Source: Thermoplasmata archaeon (GTDB lineage Archaea; Thermoplasmatota; Thermoplasmata; RBG-16-68-12; JAFNFQ01). Taken from it: a stretch of 61,943 nt of DNA. Positions 1 to 9,810 of this stretch are shown here, piece by piece. The DNA lies in contig JBGPQV010000016.1 in assembly GCA_041489255.1 (NCBI GenBank), positions 1 through 61,943 on the forward strand, in the 5' to 3' direction. Every line of letters begins with the position of its first letter. Within the stretch, counting starts at the first letter, position 1. The position numbers and the translations under genes were made by a program. Below the pieces are notes generated by a model. The model searched no databases and had not been told where the DNA came from. It saw only the letters and a program-made list of their open reading frames with translations.

Positions 1-9
1 AAGCGGCGC

Positions 10-390
10 ATTGTCCCGCCGCCCGGGACAATTGGGACCGGCTCTCGGACAACCGGAATCGAACGAGGGACAGGAATCGGGGATGCCGCGACAGCACGGC
101 AGGGCGCGGGACAACCGGGACGATGTCGGGGACAATTGCCCCATGCCTTCGGACAACGGGGACGCATACCGGGGCAATTGGGACGTGTCCGGGGACAACC
201 GCCCCCAATCCGGGGACAACGGGGACCGTCTCCGGGACAACCGCTCCATGTGCGCGGGCACGGGGATCGACCCTCGGACAATCGGGACGGATCCCGGGAC
301 AATGCTCCCATACACGGGACAATTGGGACCGATACCGGGACAATTGAGAAGGCTACGGGGGCAATTGGCCCCAGGTCGCGGACAATTGCC
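10..390. repeat. Phased array of a (C)GGGACAA core, 18 units at 21-bp (occasionally 20-bp) spacing
   Basis: GGACAA-like cores at 26,47,68,89,109,130,151,172,193,214,235,256,276,297,317,338,359,380. Inverted copy ATTGTCCCG (10-18) is the exact reverse complement of CGGGACAAT (24-32). Confidence 0.85.
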
Positions 391-514
391 CCGGATACGG
401 TTCCGATTGGGGAGAATCGGGTCCCGTATGGAGTGGACTTGGTCCTGATCCGATAAAGACTACTTCGCCCTGGCTACATATCGACATGGTATCTTCCCCG
501 CCAAGTCTCATTTC

Positions 515-1000
515 GAATCGATTCCATCCACGTCAGCCTTCCCGCCAAGGACAGCCGCACTCGTGTCGGCGCCATGCGAACTCACCTGCCGTCCACCGTC
601 GCTGACCCTCTCTACCCTTGAAACACATCCTCCACCATCCGAATCGATGTCGTCCACGCGTGCGCGGGACTGCTCTCCATGTGAATCGAATCGGTCCACG
701 CCGGGACTGACTTGTTCCCCATTGGAGTTGCCCTGTTTCGAGGCTGAATTGCATTCCTCAACGTTGGACGGCTGTGTGCTACAGTCGGGAACAGGTCCAT
801 TCATATGTAGACGAGGTTGCTCCCGATGTGGATGAGACTGGTCTCGGTGGAGAAACGGTCGATTCAGACGTTCGAGCATAGATGAGAGTGTAGAGCAGAT
901 CGATTCAGGCGTAGATTGCGTTGCTCCAACATGTCGGGACATCAAGGTCCACGGCGGTGAGTTTAGCGCAAACGGAGATATGGAGGGCGAGAGGGTGACT
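515..1000. repeat. Second, degenerate 21-bp-phased tract with inverted halves
   Basis: GAATCGA at 515, 641, 683 (offsets 126 and 42); reverse complement TCGATTC at 859, 900. TCYAC/TCYCC-like motifs at 527,611,653,674,695,716,758; mirror G(T/G)RGA at 807,828,849,890,911,974. Confidence 0.55.
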
Positions 1001-1046
1001 ACAGTCAACGAGCAAGTAGCGCACTAAGAAGCGCGCCAATCAGTGC

Positions 1047-1424
1047 ATGCAGTCGGGAAGGGGTGCGGACACGGAATCAGGATGCGCCATGGTTCCATCA
1101 GACGAGGGGCTCGGGGGCTTGGCGGCGATCGCTTTCTTGGCGGGAATGAATATCACGTTTACCGCCGCCGTCATCGACCCGGAGAGCGACCACCTGACAT
1201 TCATCTGGGACAGGGGGGACGATACTCCCGCCACCGCCACGACGTACCATACTAACGGAGCTAGCCCTGACACGTATCCGAGTCCTGGCGGAACATTCCC
1301 GTTCACCGCCACGGATACGAAGATTCACGCGTACTCGATGGCGGGAGGACATATGGTGACATTGAGGATTGGCGATGACGACGGCGGGACCGCATCGTAC
1401 ACGTTCACGCTTGGCATTTGGTAG
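1047..1424 (+). pseudogene. Orphan, degenerate PKD domain; likely remnant of a surface-protein gene
   Basis: ITFTAAVIDPESDHLTFIWDRGDD...HAYS...VTLRIGDDDGG resembles the PKD pattern (WDWGDG...H.Y...VTL.V.DDDGG) with substitutions. No signal peptide or anchor. Confidence 0.5.
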
Positions 1425-1533
1425 CAGCTAAGCGATGAACTGGTCGATTCAACCGGGTTCTGATATCGTCCAATCCTGCCTACCAGCTACGCGGCAACAT
1501 AAACGTTAAGTGTCGGACCATGATGATTCCCTG

Positions 1534-2052
1534 ATGAGACCGATGGCTTCATCGAAGGATGAGAAGAGGACCTCCGGGCGACGCGGGGGAAGGAGGGGCC
1601 CGGCCAAGAGAGTCAAGCTCACAATCAGAGGCGATGTCCAAGACGTAGGCTTCAGGCTCCGTCTCCTCAGCGAGGCGCAGAGGCTCTCCCTGTCTGAGTT
1701 CTTCGCCGACAACCTGCCAGACAAGGAGACTGTCGTCGTCTATGTCGGTGGGATGGCCACTGCTGTGGACGAATTCATCAATTCCGTCAGGAAGATGAAG
1801 ACGGTCAATCCCGGTGTTGTCAGTGTGGTCATCGAGCGGCACAAGGGGGACATCAGGGCCATCAGGGACTATATCGACTATCTCCACACGGAGCAGCTCT
1901 CGAAGGGCGTCGAGGCGGTCCAGACGTTGGGCGAGACGCTGAAGGAGGCCGCCCGGGGTTTCGCGGAAAGCGTGGCCAGCGGTTTCAGTCACATGGACGA
2001 GCAGTTCGACAGGATCCCGCGGCGGGTTGCCGACGAGATGCGCCGAGGGTAA
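1534..2052 (+). CDS. Acylphosphatase-family protein with C-terminal helical extension
   Basis: IRGDVQDVGFR motif followed by NLPD; helical C-terminus. Start uncertain (1510/1534/1543). Confidence 0.75.
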   Translation: MRPMASSKDEKRTSGRRGGRRGPAKRVKLTIRGDVQDVGFRLRLLSEAQRLSLSEFFADNLPDKETVVVYVGGMATAVDEFINSVRKMKTVNPGVVSVVIERHKGDIRAIRDYIDYLHTEQLSKGVEAVQTLGETLKEAARGFAESVASGFSHMDEQFDRIPRRVADEMRRG

Positions 2053-2270
2053 GCAGTCGGAGCGGAGGGATGACGGAGCATTTCCCAGTCGAAAAGGTAA
2101 TTGGCAGGTAATTGGATGGGAGAGAAGGCGAGGAGAAGGCGAAGAGATCGCGTCGTTGCATTGCCGCAAGACCCTTGAAGAAGCCTGGGAGTGGCCTCCT
2201 GCTTCCGATGGCGGGATGAAATCACGAGAGGCACGAAAAACGCTAATAGTCTCCCCTTCGATGGCGGGCC

Positions 2271-3428
2271 GTGGAATCCGTCAACGGCTCCGTGCTATCT
2301 GTCAATGGCTTCATTGATGGAAGCGTCGGCATCGAGGACGGAGTGATAGTCGAACTGTCGAAGAAGAAGTCCGCAGACCCGATGGCCACAGGCATCGTCC
2401 TCCCCGCCTTCTGCAACGCTCACACGCACCTCGGCGACGCCTTCATACGCATGAAACTGGAGGGCACGGTCGAGAAGCTCTTCGGCCCGCCGAGCGGCCT
2501 GAAGCACCGCATGCTCGCGAAGGCCACTGAGGAGGAGGTCGTCTCCGGGATCCAAGGTGCGGTCAAGTCGATGGTGCATGGCGGCACAGGATCATTCCTG
2601 GACTTCCGGGAGACGGGTGTCGACGGGGCGAGAATGCTCTTCAAGGGCTGTCTCGGCAGCGGCATCGAGCCCGTCTGCATGGGGCGTCCCAAGGCGATGA
2701 AGTACAGCAAGGCGGAAGTCGCCGCCCTCTTGCGGATCTGCGACGGACTCGGCATCAGCAGCATGCGGGACTGGCCCTACTCGGAGGTCCAGAAGCTCTC
2801 TCTCGACGCCAGAAGGGCGGGAAAGGCTTTCGCCATCCATTGCAGCGAGGTCAACCGCGAGGACATCGACAAGGCTCTGGACCTCAAACCGGCGTTCCTG
2901 GTCCACATGATCTACGCATCAGAAAGCGACTTGGAGCGATGCGCGAACTCCAAAACACCAATCGCTATCTGTCCAAGATCGAACGCGTTCTTCGGGAAGT
3001 TGCCGAACATACCGATGATGCTGTCCAAGGGCGTCACCCTCATGCTCGGCACCGACAACGCGATGCTCAACACTCCGTCGATGCTCCGCGAGATCGACTT
3101 CGCATTCAGAGCGGCGAAGCTGCAAGGGGACGTCTCGCCCGCCGACATCGTGCGCATGGCGATAAGGGGGCGAAAAGGTTTAAGTGCGCCGGATAATAGC
3201 GGGTTTCAAATCGGTGACAGGGCTCGCTTGGCCGTGCTGGATGTACCGGCCGGCAAGGATCCGTACAGCGATGTCCTGAGAGCGACGGACGCCGACGTCG
3301 CGCTAGTCTGGTTGGGCGAAGAGAGATGGCAAAGGCAAGAAAAGGAGTCGCGAAGGGAGAAGCCCCGAAAGAGCGAATCAGGCCGCCCGAGAGGAAGTCA
3401 CCGAAATACGCGCCGGAGAAGGCGCTGA
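2271..3428 (+). CDS. Metal-dependent amidohydrolase (deaminase-like)
   Basis: NAHTHLGD, IHCSE, LVHM, ICPRSN and LGTDN motifs. Confidence 0.85.
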   Translation: MESVNGSVLSVNGFIDGSVGIEDGVIVELSKKKSADPMATGIVLPAFCNAHTHLGDAFIRMKLEGTVEKLFGPPSGLKHRMLAKATEEEVVSGIQGAVKSMVHGGTGSFLDFRETGVDGARMLFKGCLGSGIEPVCMGRPKAMKYSKAEVAALLRICDGLGISSMRDWPYSEVQKLSLDARRAGKAFAIHCSEVNREDIDKALDLKPAFLVHMIYASESDLERCANSKTPIAICPRSNAFFGKLPNIPMMLSKGVTLMLGTDNAMLNTPSMLREIDFAFRAAKLQGDVSPADIVRMAIRGRKGLSAPDNSGFQIGDRARLAVLDVPAGKDPYSDVLRATDADVALVWLGEERWQRQEKESRREKPRKSESGRPRGSHRNTRRRRR

Positions 3429-4261
3429 CCGCAAAAGACCTGATGACGAAGAACCCGATTGTGGCGGTCCTTCCCGGGAGCAGGACCGAGGTCCTGAGAC
3501 TCTTAGTCACTCACACGCTCACCGGCGTCCCCGTTGTCAAGAAGGACGGCACGCTGGCGGGATTCGTCGCGAGGAAGCACATCTTCGCGAAGCCCGAGGA
3601 GGAACAGCTCGCCCTAATCATGGTCAGGGACTACCCGTCCGTCGAGTCGACGCTGGACATCAAGTCGGTCGCTCGGACATTCATCAAGGAGGACCTGCAC
3701 CACCTGCCTGTCGTGCAGAAGGGCAGACTTGTCGGCATCATCACGCCTGCAGATTTCCTCGGCTACATAGGCGGGCTGGGCCTCGACAAGCCGGTCGAGG
3801 AAATCCTGCGGAGCCCCTGCGTCGCGATCCACGAGTCCACCCCTCTCAACATAGCATCCGAGATAATGCGCCTCGGCAAAGTGTTCGCGCTGCCCGTGCT
3901 CGACAACGATGGGAAGCTCGCCGGCCTGATCTCGGACAGGGACGTCTTCAACCTCAGCATCATCAACGGCAGCGTCGCGATCCACGACCTCGGGCTGGCG
4001 GGGGACGAGGACGCGTGGACGTGGGAGGGGCTGCGCAACGTCATGAGGCTCTACTACGAGGAGAAGAAGATCAGCCTGCCGAAGATAGCGGTGCGGGATA
4101 TCATGATCCGCAAGCCCGTGACCGTATTCAGGAAGACCGGGACGAGCGAAGCGGCGACCCTCATGTACAGATACGACTTCGGGCAGCTCCCCGTCGTCGA
4201 CTCGAACGACAGGCTCTTCGCAATGCTATATGAGCTGGACATCGTTGCGGCTTTGGAGTGA
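3326..4261 (+). CDS. Multi-CBS-domain protein
   Basis: Four CBS-like units (GVPVV, HHLPVV..GIIT..D, ALPVL..GLISDRD, GQLPVV). Start could be the ATG at 3443. Confidence 0.85.
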   Translation: MAKARKGVAKGEAPKERIRPPERKSPKYAPEKALTAKDLMTKNPIVAVLPGSRTEVLRLLVTHTLTGVPVVKKDGTLAGFVARKHIFAKPEEEQLALIMVRDYPSVESTLDIKSVARTFIKEDLHHLPVVQKGRLVGIITPADFLGYIGGLGLDKPVEEILRSPCVAIHESTPLNIASEIMRLGKVFALPVLDNDGKLAGLISDRDVFNLSIINGSVAIHDLGLAGDEDAWTWEGLRNVMRLYYEEKKISLPKIAVRDIMIRKPVTVFRKTGTSEAATLMYRYDFGQLPVVDSNDRLFAMLYELDIVAALE

Positions 4262-5772
4262 AACGCATGGACAGGTACGACGAGCTGATGTCCCTGTCAG
4301 TCAGAAAGGGATTCATCTGGCCGACCGCGGACCTCTATGGCGGGTTCGCAGGGTTCTATGATTACGGGCACAACGGTGCGCTGATGAAGAGGCGGCTGGA
4401 AGACCTCTGGATAGACTACTTCCTGCACCTGGGCGAGGACTACTACCTGATCGACACGACAGGCATACTGCCCGAGGCGAGCCTCAAGGCATCGGGTCAC
4501 GTTGAGCACTTCACGGACATCCTGGTCACCTGCACGAAGTGCGGGGAGAACTGCCGCGCGGACCACCTCCTCGAGGAGGCCACCAAGAAGAGCTACGAGG
4601 GCATCCCGCCGCAGGAGATAGACAACCTCCTCGCCGAGCACAAGATGAGGTGCCCCAAGTGCAAGGGCGCGTTCGGCCCCTCGAAGCCGTTCCACATGAT
4701 GTTCCCGCTCATGGTCGGCCCGATGGGCAAGGACCCCGCGTACCTGAGGCCGGAGACTGCGCAGGGCGTCTACATCAATTTCAAGCGGGAGTTCGAGGCG
4801 CTCAGGAGGCACCTGCCGCTCGGCCTCGCGATCGTCGGGCGGGCCTTCCGCAACGAGATCTCGCCCCGCCAGGGGACGTACAGGATGCGGGAGTTCATCC
4901 AGGCTGAGCTGCAGATATTCTTCAACCCAAAGACGTTCGACAGCTCCATCGCTTTCGATGATGTGCAATCGTCCGAACTCCTCGTCGCCCGTGCGGACAA
5001 GAAGGACCAGGGTGGAGCCGACAGGGTGACCTGCTCCGAGCTGGTGAAGTCGGGGCTCCCCCTGTTCTACGTCTATCACCTCGCGAAGGTCCAGGACTTC
5101 TTCCTGAAGGAGCTGGCGGTGCCCGCGGACAGGTTCAGGTTCGCGGAGCTCGGCGAGGGCGAGCGCGCTTTCTACAACAGGATACACTTCGACATGGAGG
5201 TCAAGCAGGACTCGCTCGGCGGGTTCAAGGAGATCGGGGGCGTGCACTACAGGGGGGACCACGACCTTTCCGGTCACCAGAACACCTCGAAGGTCTCGCA
5301 GACGGTGACGATCGACGGAGAGACGTTCATCCCCCACGTCCTCGAGCTGAGCTTCGGCATCGACAGGATGTTCTGGGCGCTCCTCGATGCGAAGTATGAG
5401 AAGGTGAAGACGGAGAAGGGCGAGAGGTACGTGCTGCATCTTCCGCCAAAGATCGCGCCGACGCAGGTGGCGGTCCTCCCCCTCCTGGGCAAGGACGGAC
5501 TCCCGGAGAAGGCGATGCCGATCTACGAACAGCTCGCGAAGGAGTTCAAATGCTTCTACGATGAAGGCGGGAGCATCGGGCGTCGATACGCGAGGATGGA
5601 CGAGATAGGGACGCCGTACTGCGTCACGATCGACCACCAGACCCTGCAGGACGGGACTGTGACGATCAGGGAGCGGGACACCGCCGCACAGAAGAGGCCC
5701 GCCACCTCAGAGCTGAAGTCGATTATCGGCAAGCTGCTCTCCGGAGAGACGAAGTTCGAGAGCCTGCCTTGA
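4258..5772 (+). CDS. glyS: Glycine--tRNA ligase (homodimeric class II type)
   Basis: YGGFAGFYDYG, LRPETAQG, FRNEISPRQG, ELSFGIDR and SIGRRYARMDEIGTPYCVTID motifs. Confidence 0.97.
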   Translation: MKRMDRYDELMSLSVRKGFIWPTADLYGGFAGFYDYGHNGALMKRRLEDLWIDYFLHLGEDYYLIDTTGILPEASLKASGHVEHFTDILVTCTKCGENCRADHLLEEATKKSYEGIPPQEIDNLLAEHKMRCPKCKGAFGPSKPFHMMFPLMVGPMGKDPAYLRPETAQGVYINFKREFEALRRHLPLGLAIVGRAFRNEISPRQGTYRMREFIQAELQIFFNPKTFDSSIAFDDVQSSELLVARADKKDQGGADRVTCSELVKSGLPLFYVYHLAKVQDFFLKELAVPADRFRFAELGEGERAFYNRIHFDMEVKQDSLGGFKEIGGVHYRGDHDLSGHQNTSKVSQTVTIDGETFIPHVLELSFGIDRMFWALLDAKYEKVKTEKGERYVLHLPPKIAPTQVAVLPLLGKDGLPEKAMPIYEQLAKEFKCFYDEGGSIGRRYARMDEIGTPYCVTIDHQTLQDGTVTIRERDTAAQKRPATSELKSIIGKLLSGETKFESLP

Positions 5773-5815
5773 ACGCCTTCCCGCCGCAATGACTTTCTGT
5801 GGCTGACGCATTGCG

Positions 5816-6211
5816 GTGGCCGTGCGACGCAAGAAATCCCAAGAGAAGAGGATCGCCCAGGAACGGATCGAGACCCTGTTTGAGATGGCGGAGAAGGAAG
5901 CCATGAAGAAGAACTGGACGAGGGCGAACAGGTACGTCGATCTCGCGAGGACGATAGGCATGAGGTACAACGTCACCCCGGGGCCGGACCTGCGCCGGAG
6001 GTTCTGCCGCGGATGCGGCACGTTCCTCTTGCCGTCTGCCACCGCACGGATCAGAGTCGGCGGCGGGAAGGTCGTCTGCACGTGCCTCAAGTGCGGGCGC
6101 GTCACGAGATATCCTCACGTGCGAGAGCGGCGGGAGAGGAGGCGGGGGAGAGAAAGGGGGAGTACGGGCGTGCGCAAGACGCCTGAAGAGGCGGGCGTGG
6201 AAGACCTCTAG
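5816..6211 (+). CDS. rnp4: Ribonuclease P protein component 4 (Rpp21)
   Basis: IAQERIETLF, RYVDLARTIG, FCRGC...CTCLKCG zinc motif. Confidence 0.9.
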   Translation: MAVRRKKSQEKRIAQERIETLFEMAEKEAMKKNWTRANRYVDLARTIGMRYNVTPGPDLRRRFCRGCGTFLLPSATARIRVGGGKVVCTCLKCGRVTRYPHVRERRERRRGRERGSTGVRKTPEEAGVEDL

Positions 6212-6213
6212 GG

Positions 6214-6483
6214 TCACTTGGTCGAGACGATGCTGCGCACGGTCTCGGTGCAAAGCTCCGCCATCTTCTTGTTGCCGACTATGCGGTAGAGCATCGCTTT
6301 GGCGTTCCATGCCTGGAGATAGTCGGGCTTGGCCTTGGTGACCTCGTGCAGCGCATCGATAGCCTTATCGAAGTTGCCGACCGCCGCCTGCTCGATTGCC
6401 TTCAGGAACAATCTGTCCGGATCCCCGCCAAAGGGTTTCTGCCTGGGAGCGCCTCGGCCGAGGGCTCCTGCATCGAATGACAT
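6214..6483 (-). CDS. Small TPR protein
   Basis: GNFDKAIDALHEVTKAKPDYLQAWNAKA fits the TPR consensus. Confidence 0.7.
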   Translation of the reverse strand: MSFDAGALGRGAPRQKPFGGDPDRLFLKAIEQAAVGNFDKAIDALHEVTKAKPDYLQAWNAKAMLYRIVGNKKMAELCTETVRSIVSTK

Positions 6484-6564
6484 TGCGGCGGGGAAAGGAC
6501 CGGGAAAACGCCAATAAGCTTGCGACCCCGTTATCACGGCGGAGAATTTGAGCTACGTCGGTCC

Positions 6565-7419
6565 TCAGTAGTTCGTCGTCATGTCGATTATGCCGGCCTT
6601 TCTCGCGAGGTACTCGGTCATCCGGAACAACAGTATCGACAGTAGGAAGAAGAAGGCGGTCGACACGAGGAGGAGTATTATTATTCCCGCTAGGTCCGTC
6701 TGCTCAAGCCCGGTCGTCACCTGAGCGATCTGAGAGCTAGGGAGGATGAGGCGCCTTATCGCCTCGAGCCAGTAGGTTATCGGTAGCGCCCTCCCGACGG
6801 ACTGCCCCCAGCCAGGCAGCACGGAGAGCGGGAAGATGACCCCGCAGAAGAGATAGAACATGCCGGGGATGCCCTCCGCAAGTCCGTGCGTGTGCTTCGC
6901 GGTCAGGAAGGAAAGCCCCGCGAGGCAGAGCCCGATGGCCACGACGCACAGCAGTCCGATCACCATGACCGCGAGGAACAGAGGGATGTCCCAGAGCGAC
7001 ATCGAGAGGTCGATGTGGAGCGCGAAGACACCGAACGCGAGCGTGACCGTCGTCGCAATTGTCGCTAAAAGGACCTTCGAGGCGGCCCTGCCGACGATGT
7101 AGGTGTAGAAGTTGATCGGCGACATGTAGACGTAGCGGATCGTCTGGTACCATTCCCTGTCGGACTGGATCACTTGGAAGCATCCGAACAGGACGCTGGC
7201 GACGTAGATGAAGAACGCGTTCCCCACGAACAGGTACGCGAACATCGCCGATTTGCCGAGGTCCGGATTTCCCGTTCCGATGAAGAGCGCAACGAACGAC
7301 ATGAGCACGAGGATGAACGCCCCCGCCACGGGCTTGATGATCGAGTAGATGAGGAACAGCCCCGGCTCGGTCCAGTTGCTATCCATCTCCCAGCCGAGCC
7401 ACGCGGCCTGCTTGAACAC
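6565..7419 (-). CDS. ABC-2 type transporter permease
   Basis: Polytopic; GVIFPLSVLP and LPITYWLEAIRRL signatures. Start uncertain. Confidence 0.85.
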   Translation of the reverse strand: MFKQAAWLGWEMDSNWTEPGLFLIYSIIKPVAGAFILVLMSFVALFIGTGNPDLGKSAMFAYLFVGNAFFIYVASVLFGCFQVIQSDREWYQTIRYVYMSPINFYTYIVGRAASKVLLATIATTVTLAFGVFALHIDLSMSLWDIPLFLAVMVIGLLCVVAIGLCLAGLSFLTAKHTHGLAEGIPGMFYLFCGVIFPLSVLPGWGQSVGRALPITYWLEAIRRLILPSSQIAQVTTGLEQTDLAGIIILLLVSTAFFFLLSILLFRMTEYLARKAGIIDMTTNY

Positions 7420-7433
7420 CCGCCACTCGTCCG

Positions 7434-8297
7434 CTACTGATGTCGTGTCGTCAGCTTCCCCTCCCTCTTCGCGAGGGTCTCCAGGTAACCGAGGCTCAGC
7501 TTCGCGAGCACGAGGAACACCGCCGCCAGGACGCAGAGCACTGCGAGTTCGAGCTCCGGCGAGAAGAAGTAGAACTGCGTCCCGAAGCCGCTGACGGGAA
7601 ACATCAGCTGCCTGAGAGCGTCGAGGCCGAGCGTGGCGGGGATTACCGATGCGCCGATTGCCACCGTCTGCCCGAGCGCCTTGACGGGGAAGTAGAACCC
7701 GGACAGGAGGAATATCGGTTCTTCCATCAGCGCCGAGAGGTTCCACGCCTCCCTGCCGTAGAGTAGGTAGAGGGAAGCGAACATCATGCCCATGCCGTAG
7801 AGCGCGATGAGCGTGACGAAGAACACCGCGAGTATGAGCAGCGGGTTGCCGATGGTGATGACGACGCCGAAGATGAAGACGCCGACGACGAGGGTGGTCA
7901 CCGCCCTGGTCGACGTCATGAACATCCCGCCCACCGCCATCCCGCCGAGCAGGGCCATGCGGGACATCGGCGCCATCATGTACAGCTGGAGGTTGCCGAC
8001 CTCCTTCTCCCAGTAGAGCTGCGACGCCATCGACCACAGGACGTTGAGCCAGAAGGCCGTCATCGTCCCGCCGATGACAACGTACCCGACGAGGGAGTTC
8101 ACCTTGTCGAGCATCGTCTGGTCCGGGTTAGGCGGGAGGAACGCCTTGTAGATGAACACGTAGGCCGCGATGGAGAGGATGGGGAGGACGGTCTCGAAGA
8201 AGATCCAGCTCAGCTCGCGCGTCCCGCCGATCACCCTCGGGTACGAACGGCCGAACAGCGCGCGGACGTTGAGCCGGATGAAGCCTGGCTCGGTCAC
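7434..8297 (-). CDS. ABC-2 type transporter permease
   Basis: EKEVGNL, LSGFYFPV and TLGLDALRQL; GTGA overlap with the ATPase stop. Confidence 0.85.
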   Translation of the reverse strand: MTEPGFIRLNVRALFGRSYPRVIGGTRELSWIFFETVLPILSIAAYVFIYKAFLPPNPDQTMLDKVNSLVGYVVIGGTMTAFWLNVLWSMASQLYWEKEVGNLQLYMMAPMSRMALLGGMAVGGMFMTSTRAVTTLVVGVFIFGVVITIGNPLLILAVFFVTLIALYGMGMMFASLYLLYGREAWNLSALMEEPIFLLSGFYFPVKALGQTVAIGASVIPATLGLDALRQLMFPVSGFGTQFYFFSPELELAVLCVLAAVFLVLAKLSLGYLETLAKREGKLTTRHQ

Positions 8298-9316
8298 TCC
8301 TCCAACCCCTTCCCCACCATGCTGATGAACACGTCCTCGAGGGTGGGGTCTGTCTTGCGCATCGAGCGTATCCTCGACCCCTGCGCGGTGATCGCGCTCA
8401 TGATGTCCGATATCGCGCTCTCGTCCTCGACGATTATCGTGAGGTTCGTCGTGCCGTGGGCGATGTCGTCCTTGGAGCTGAAGTTCCCGATGCCCTTTAT
8501 CCCGCCTATGGGGGCCGTGCTCTTCAGCGTGTCCACTTCGAGCTGGACGGTCGATTCCTTGCGGATCATCCTCTTCAGGTTCGCCGGAGTGTCGAGGGCG
8601 AGTATGCGGCCCCGGTCGATGATCGCGACGCGGTCGCACATCATCTCGGCTTCCATCATGTAGTGAGTCGTGAGGAGGACGGTCTTATGTTCCCTTTTCC
8701 TCACCCAGTTCATGATGTACTCCCTGATCGTCCTGCTGGCGTTCACGTCGAGCCCCAGGGTCGGTTCGTCGAGGAACAGGATCTCGGGGTCCGTCACGAA
8801 GCCCCTTATCATGTTCATCTTCTGCCTTTCCCCCGTGGAAAGCGTCCGCACCTTGACGTTCTTCTTGTCATAGAGGCCGAAAGTGTGCATCAGTTCGTCG
8901 ATGCGCTCCTTCGCGACCTTCGATGGTATGCCGTAGAACTGCGAGAACATCCAGATGTTCTCCCTCGTGGTGAGGAGGCCGTATCCGGAGGTCTCGCCGC
9001 CCGAGACCATGTTTATCTTCCTGCGGATCTGGTTGACTTCCTTGGAGACGTCGAAGCCGGCGACGTACGCGGATCCGCTCGTGGGCAGCAGGAGCGTGCA
9101 GAGCACCTTGATCAGCGTCGTCTTACCCGCGCCGTTCGGCCCGAGCAGGCCGAAAAGCTCTCCCTCCTTGATCGTGAGGTTCACGTGGTCCAGCGCTGTC
9201 ACTGGCCCGCCGTTCTCCTTCTCGTTCTTCTTGGCGCTCTTGCGCCTGAGGCGGTGCCGCTTTGGCTTCCGTTTGAAGATCCTCGTGAGGTCACGAGTCT
9301 CCGTAGCATACGTCAT
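8294..9316 (-). CDS. ABC exporter ATP-binding protein (DrrA/NodI-like)
   Basis: Walker A GPNGAGKTT, signature LSTGE, Walker B LFLDEPT, C-terminal PTLEDVF. Confidence 0.93.
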   Translation of the reverse strand: MTYATETRDLTRIFKRKPKRHRLRRKSAKKNEKENGGPVTALDHVNLTIKEGELFGLLGPNGAGKTTLIKVLCTLLLPTSGSAYVAGFDVSKEVNQIRRKINMVSGGETSGYGLLTTRENIWMFSQFYGIPSKVAKERIDELMHTFGLYDKKNVKVRTLSTGERQKMNMIRGFVTDPEILFLDEPTLGLDVNASRTIREYIMNWVRKREHKTVLLTTHYMMEAEMMCDRVAIIDRGRILALDTPANLKRMIRKESTVQLEVDTLKSTAPIGGIKGIGNFSSKDDIAHGTTNLTIIVEDESAISDIMSAITAQGSRIRSMRKTDPTLEDVFISMVGKGLEE

Positions 9317-9369
9317 GGCTCTCAAGGAAACCGCGCTGCGGGGCGGACCCCGCAGGAAAAATCTGGGGA

Positions 9370-9561
9370 TTACGCCTCGACGTGTTTCCTATACCGCGTC
9401 ACGTAGCCGGCGATCCTGTTCCTCATCATCGTGCTGCTCACGTCGGTCAGTTCCGCGACTTTCTGCTTGTTGTGCTCGAAGTCGTCGGTGAATTGCTCCG
9501 GGTATCTCCGGACCAACTCCTTTGCCACCCTTTTGATGTAGGTCGGTCGGACGTTACCCAA
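9370..9561 (-). CDS. rps17e: 30S ribosomal protein S17e
   Basis: [10 protein letters not shown]...FTDDFEHNK...RNRIAGYVT; TTG start. Confidence 0.95.
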   Translation of the reverse strand: MGNVRPTYIKRVAKELVRRYPEQFTDDFEHNKQKVAELTDVSSTMMRNRIAGYVTRYRKHVEA

Positions 9562-9810
9562 TCTTCACTCTCCGGCTTGTGTGCGGTAGAAAGCTCCACA
9601 AGAACGGCCCCTAGATAAACATTGCTGGAGGGTCAGGGAGACGCTCACGAGGACTATCAGCCGAAGCAACTTAGGATTGTGCCCAGCATTTCGATGAGGC
9701 GAGCACCGGAGTCCAAGGGAGCCTGCACAGGGTCGTTATCAACCGTAGGAGTATCCGGAATAAGCTTATATGCACCTACACCCCGTCCCATCCCAAGACA
9801 GGTGAAACCC

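Noticed and set aside
10-390. CRISPR array interpretation of the periodic tract
   Set aside because: The core is only ~7 nt and the linkers ~13 nt, far below CRISPR repeat and spacer sizes; no cas genes are present.
11-1008. ORFs 11-448, 123-347, 136-456 and 508-1008 as real proteins
   Set aside because: The heptad pattern moves between frames at the 20-bp steps, so these are best explained as by-products of the DNA periodicity.
2096-2115. GGTAATTGG direct repeat
   Set aside because: Only two short copies; cannot be distinguished from chance or a small duplication.
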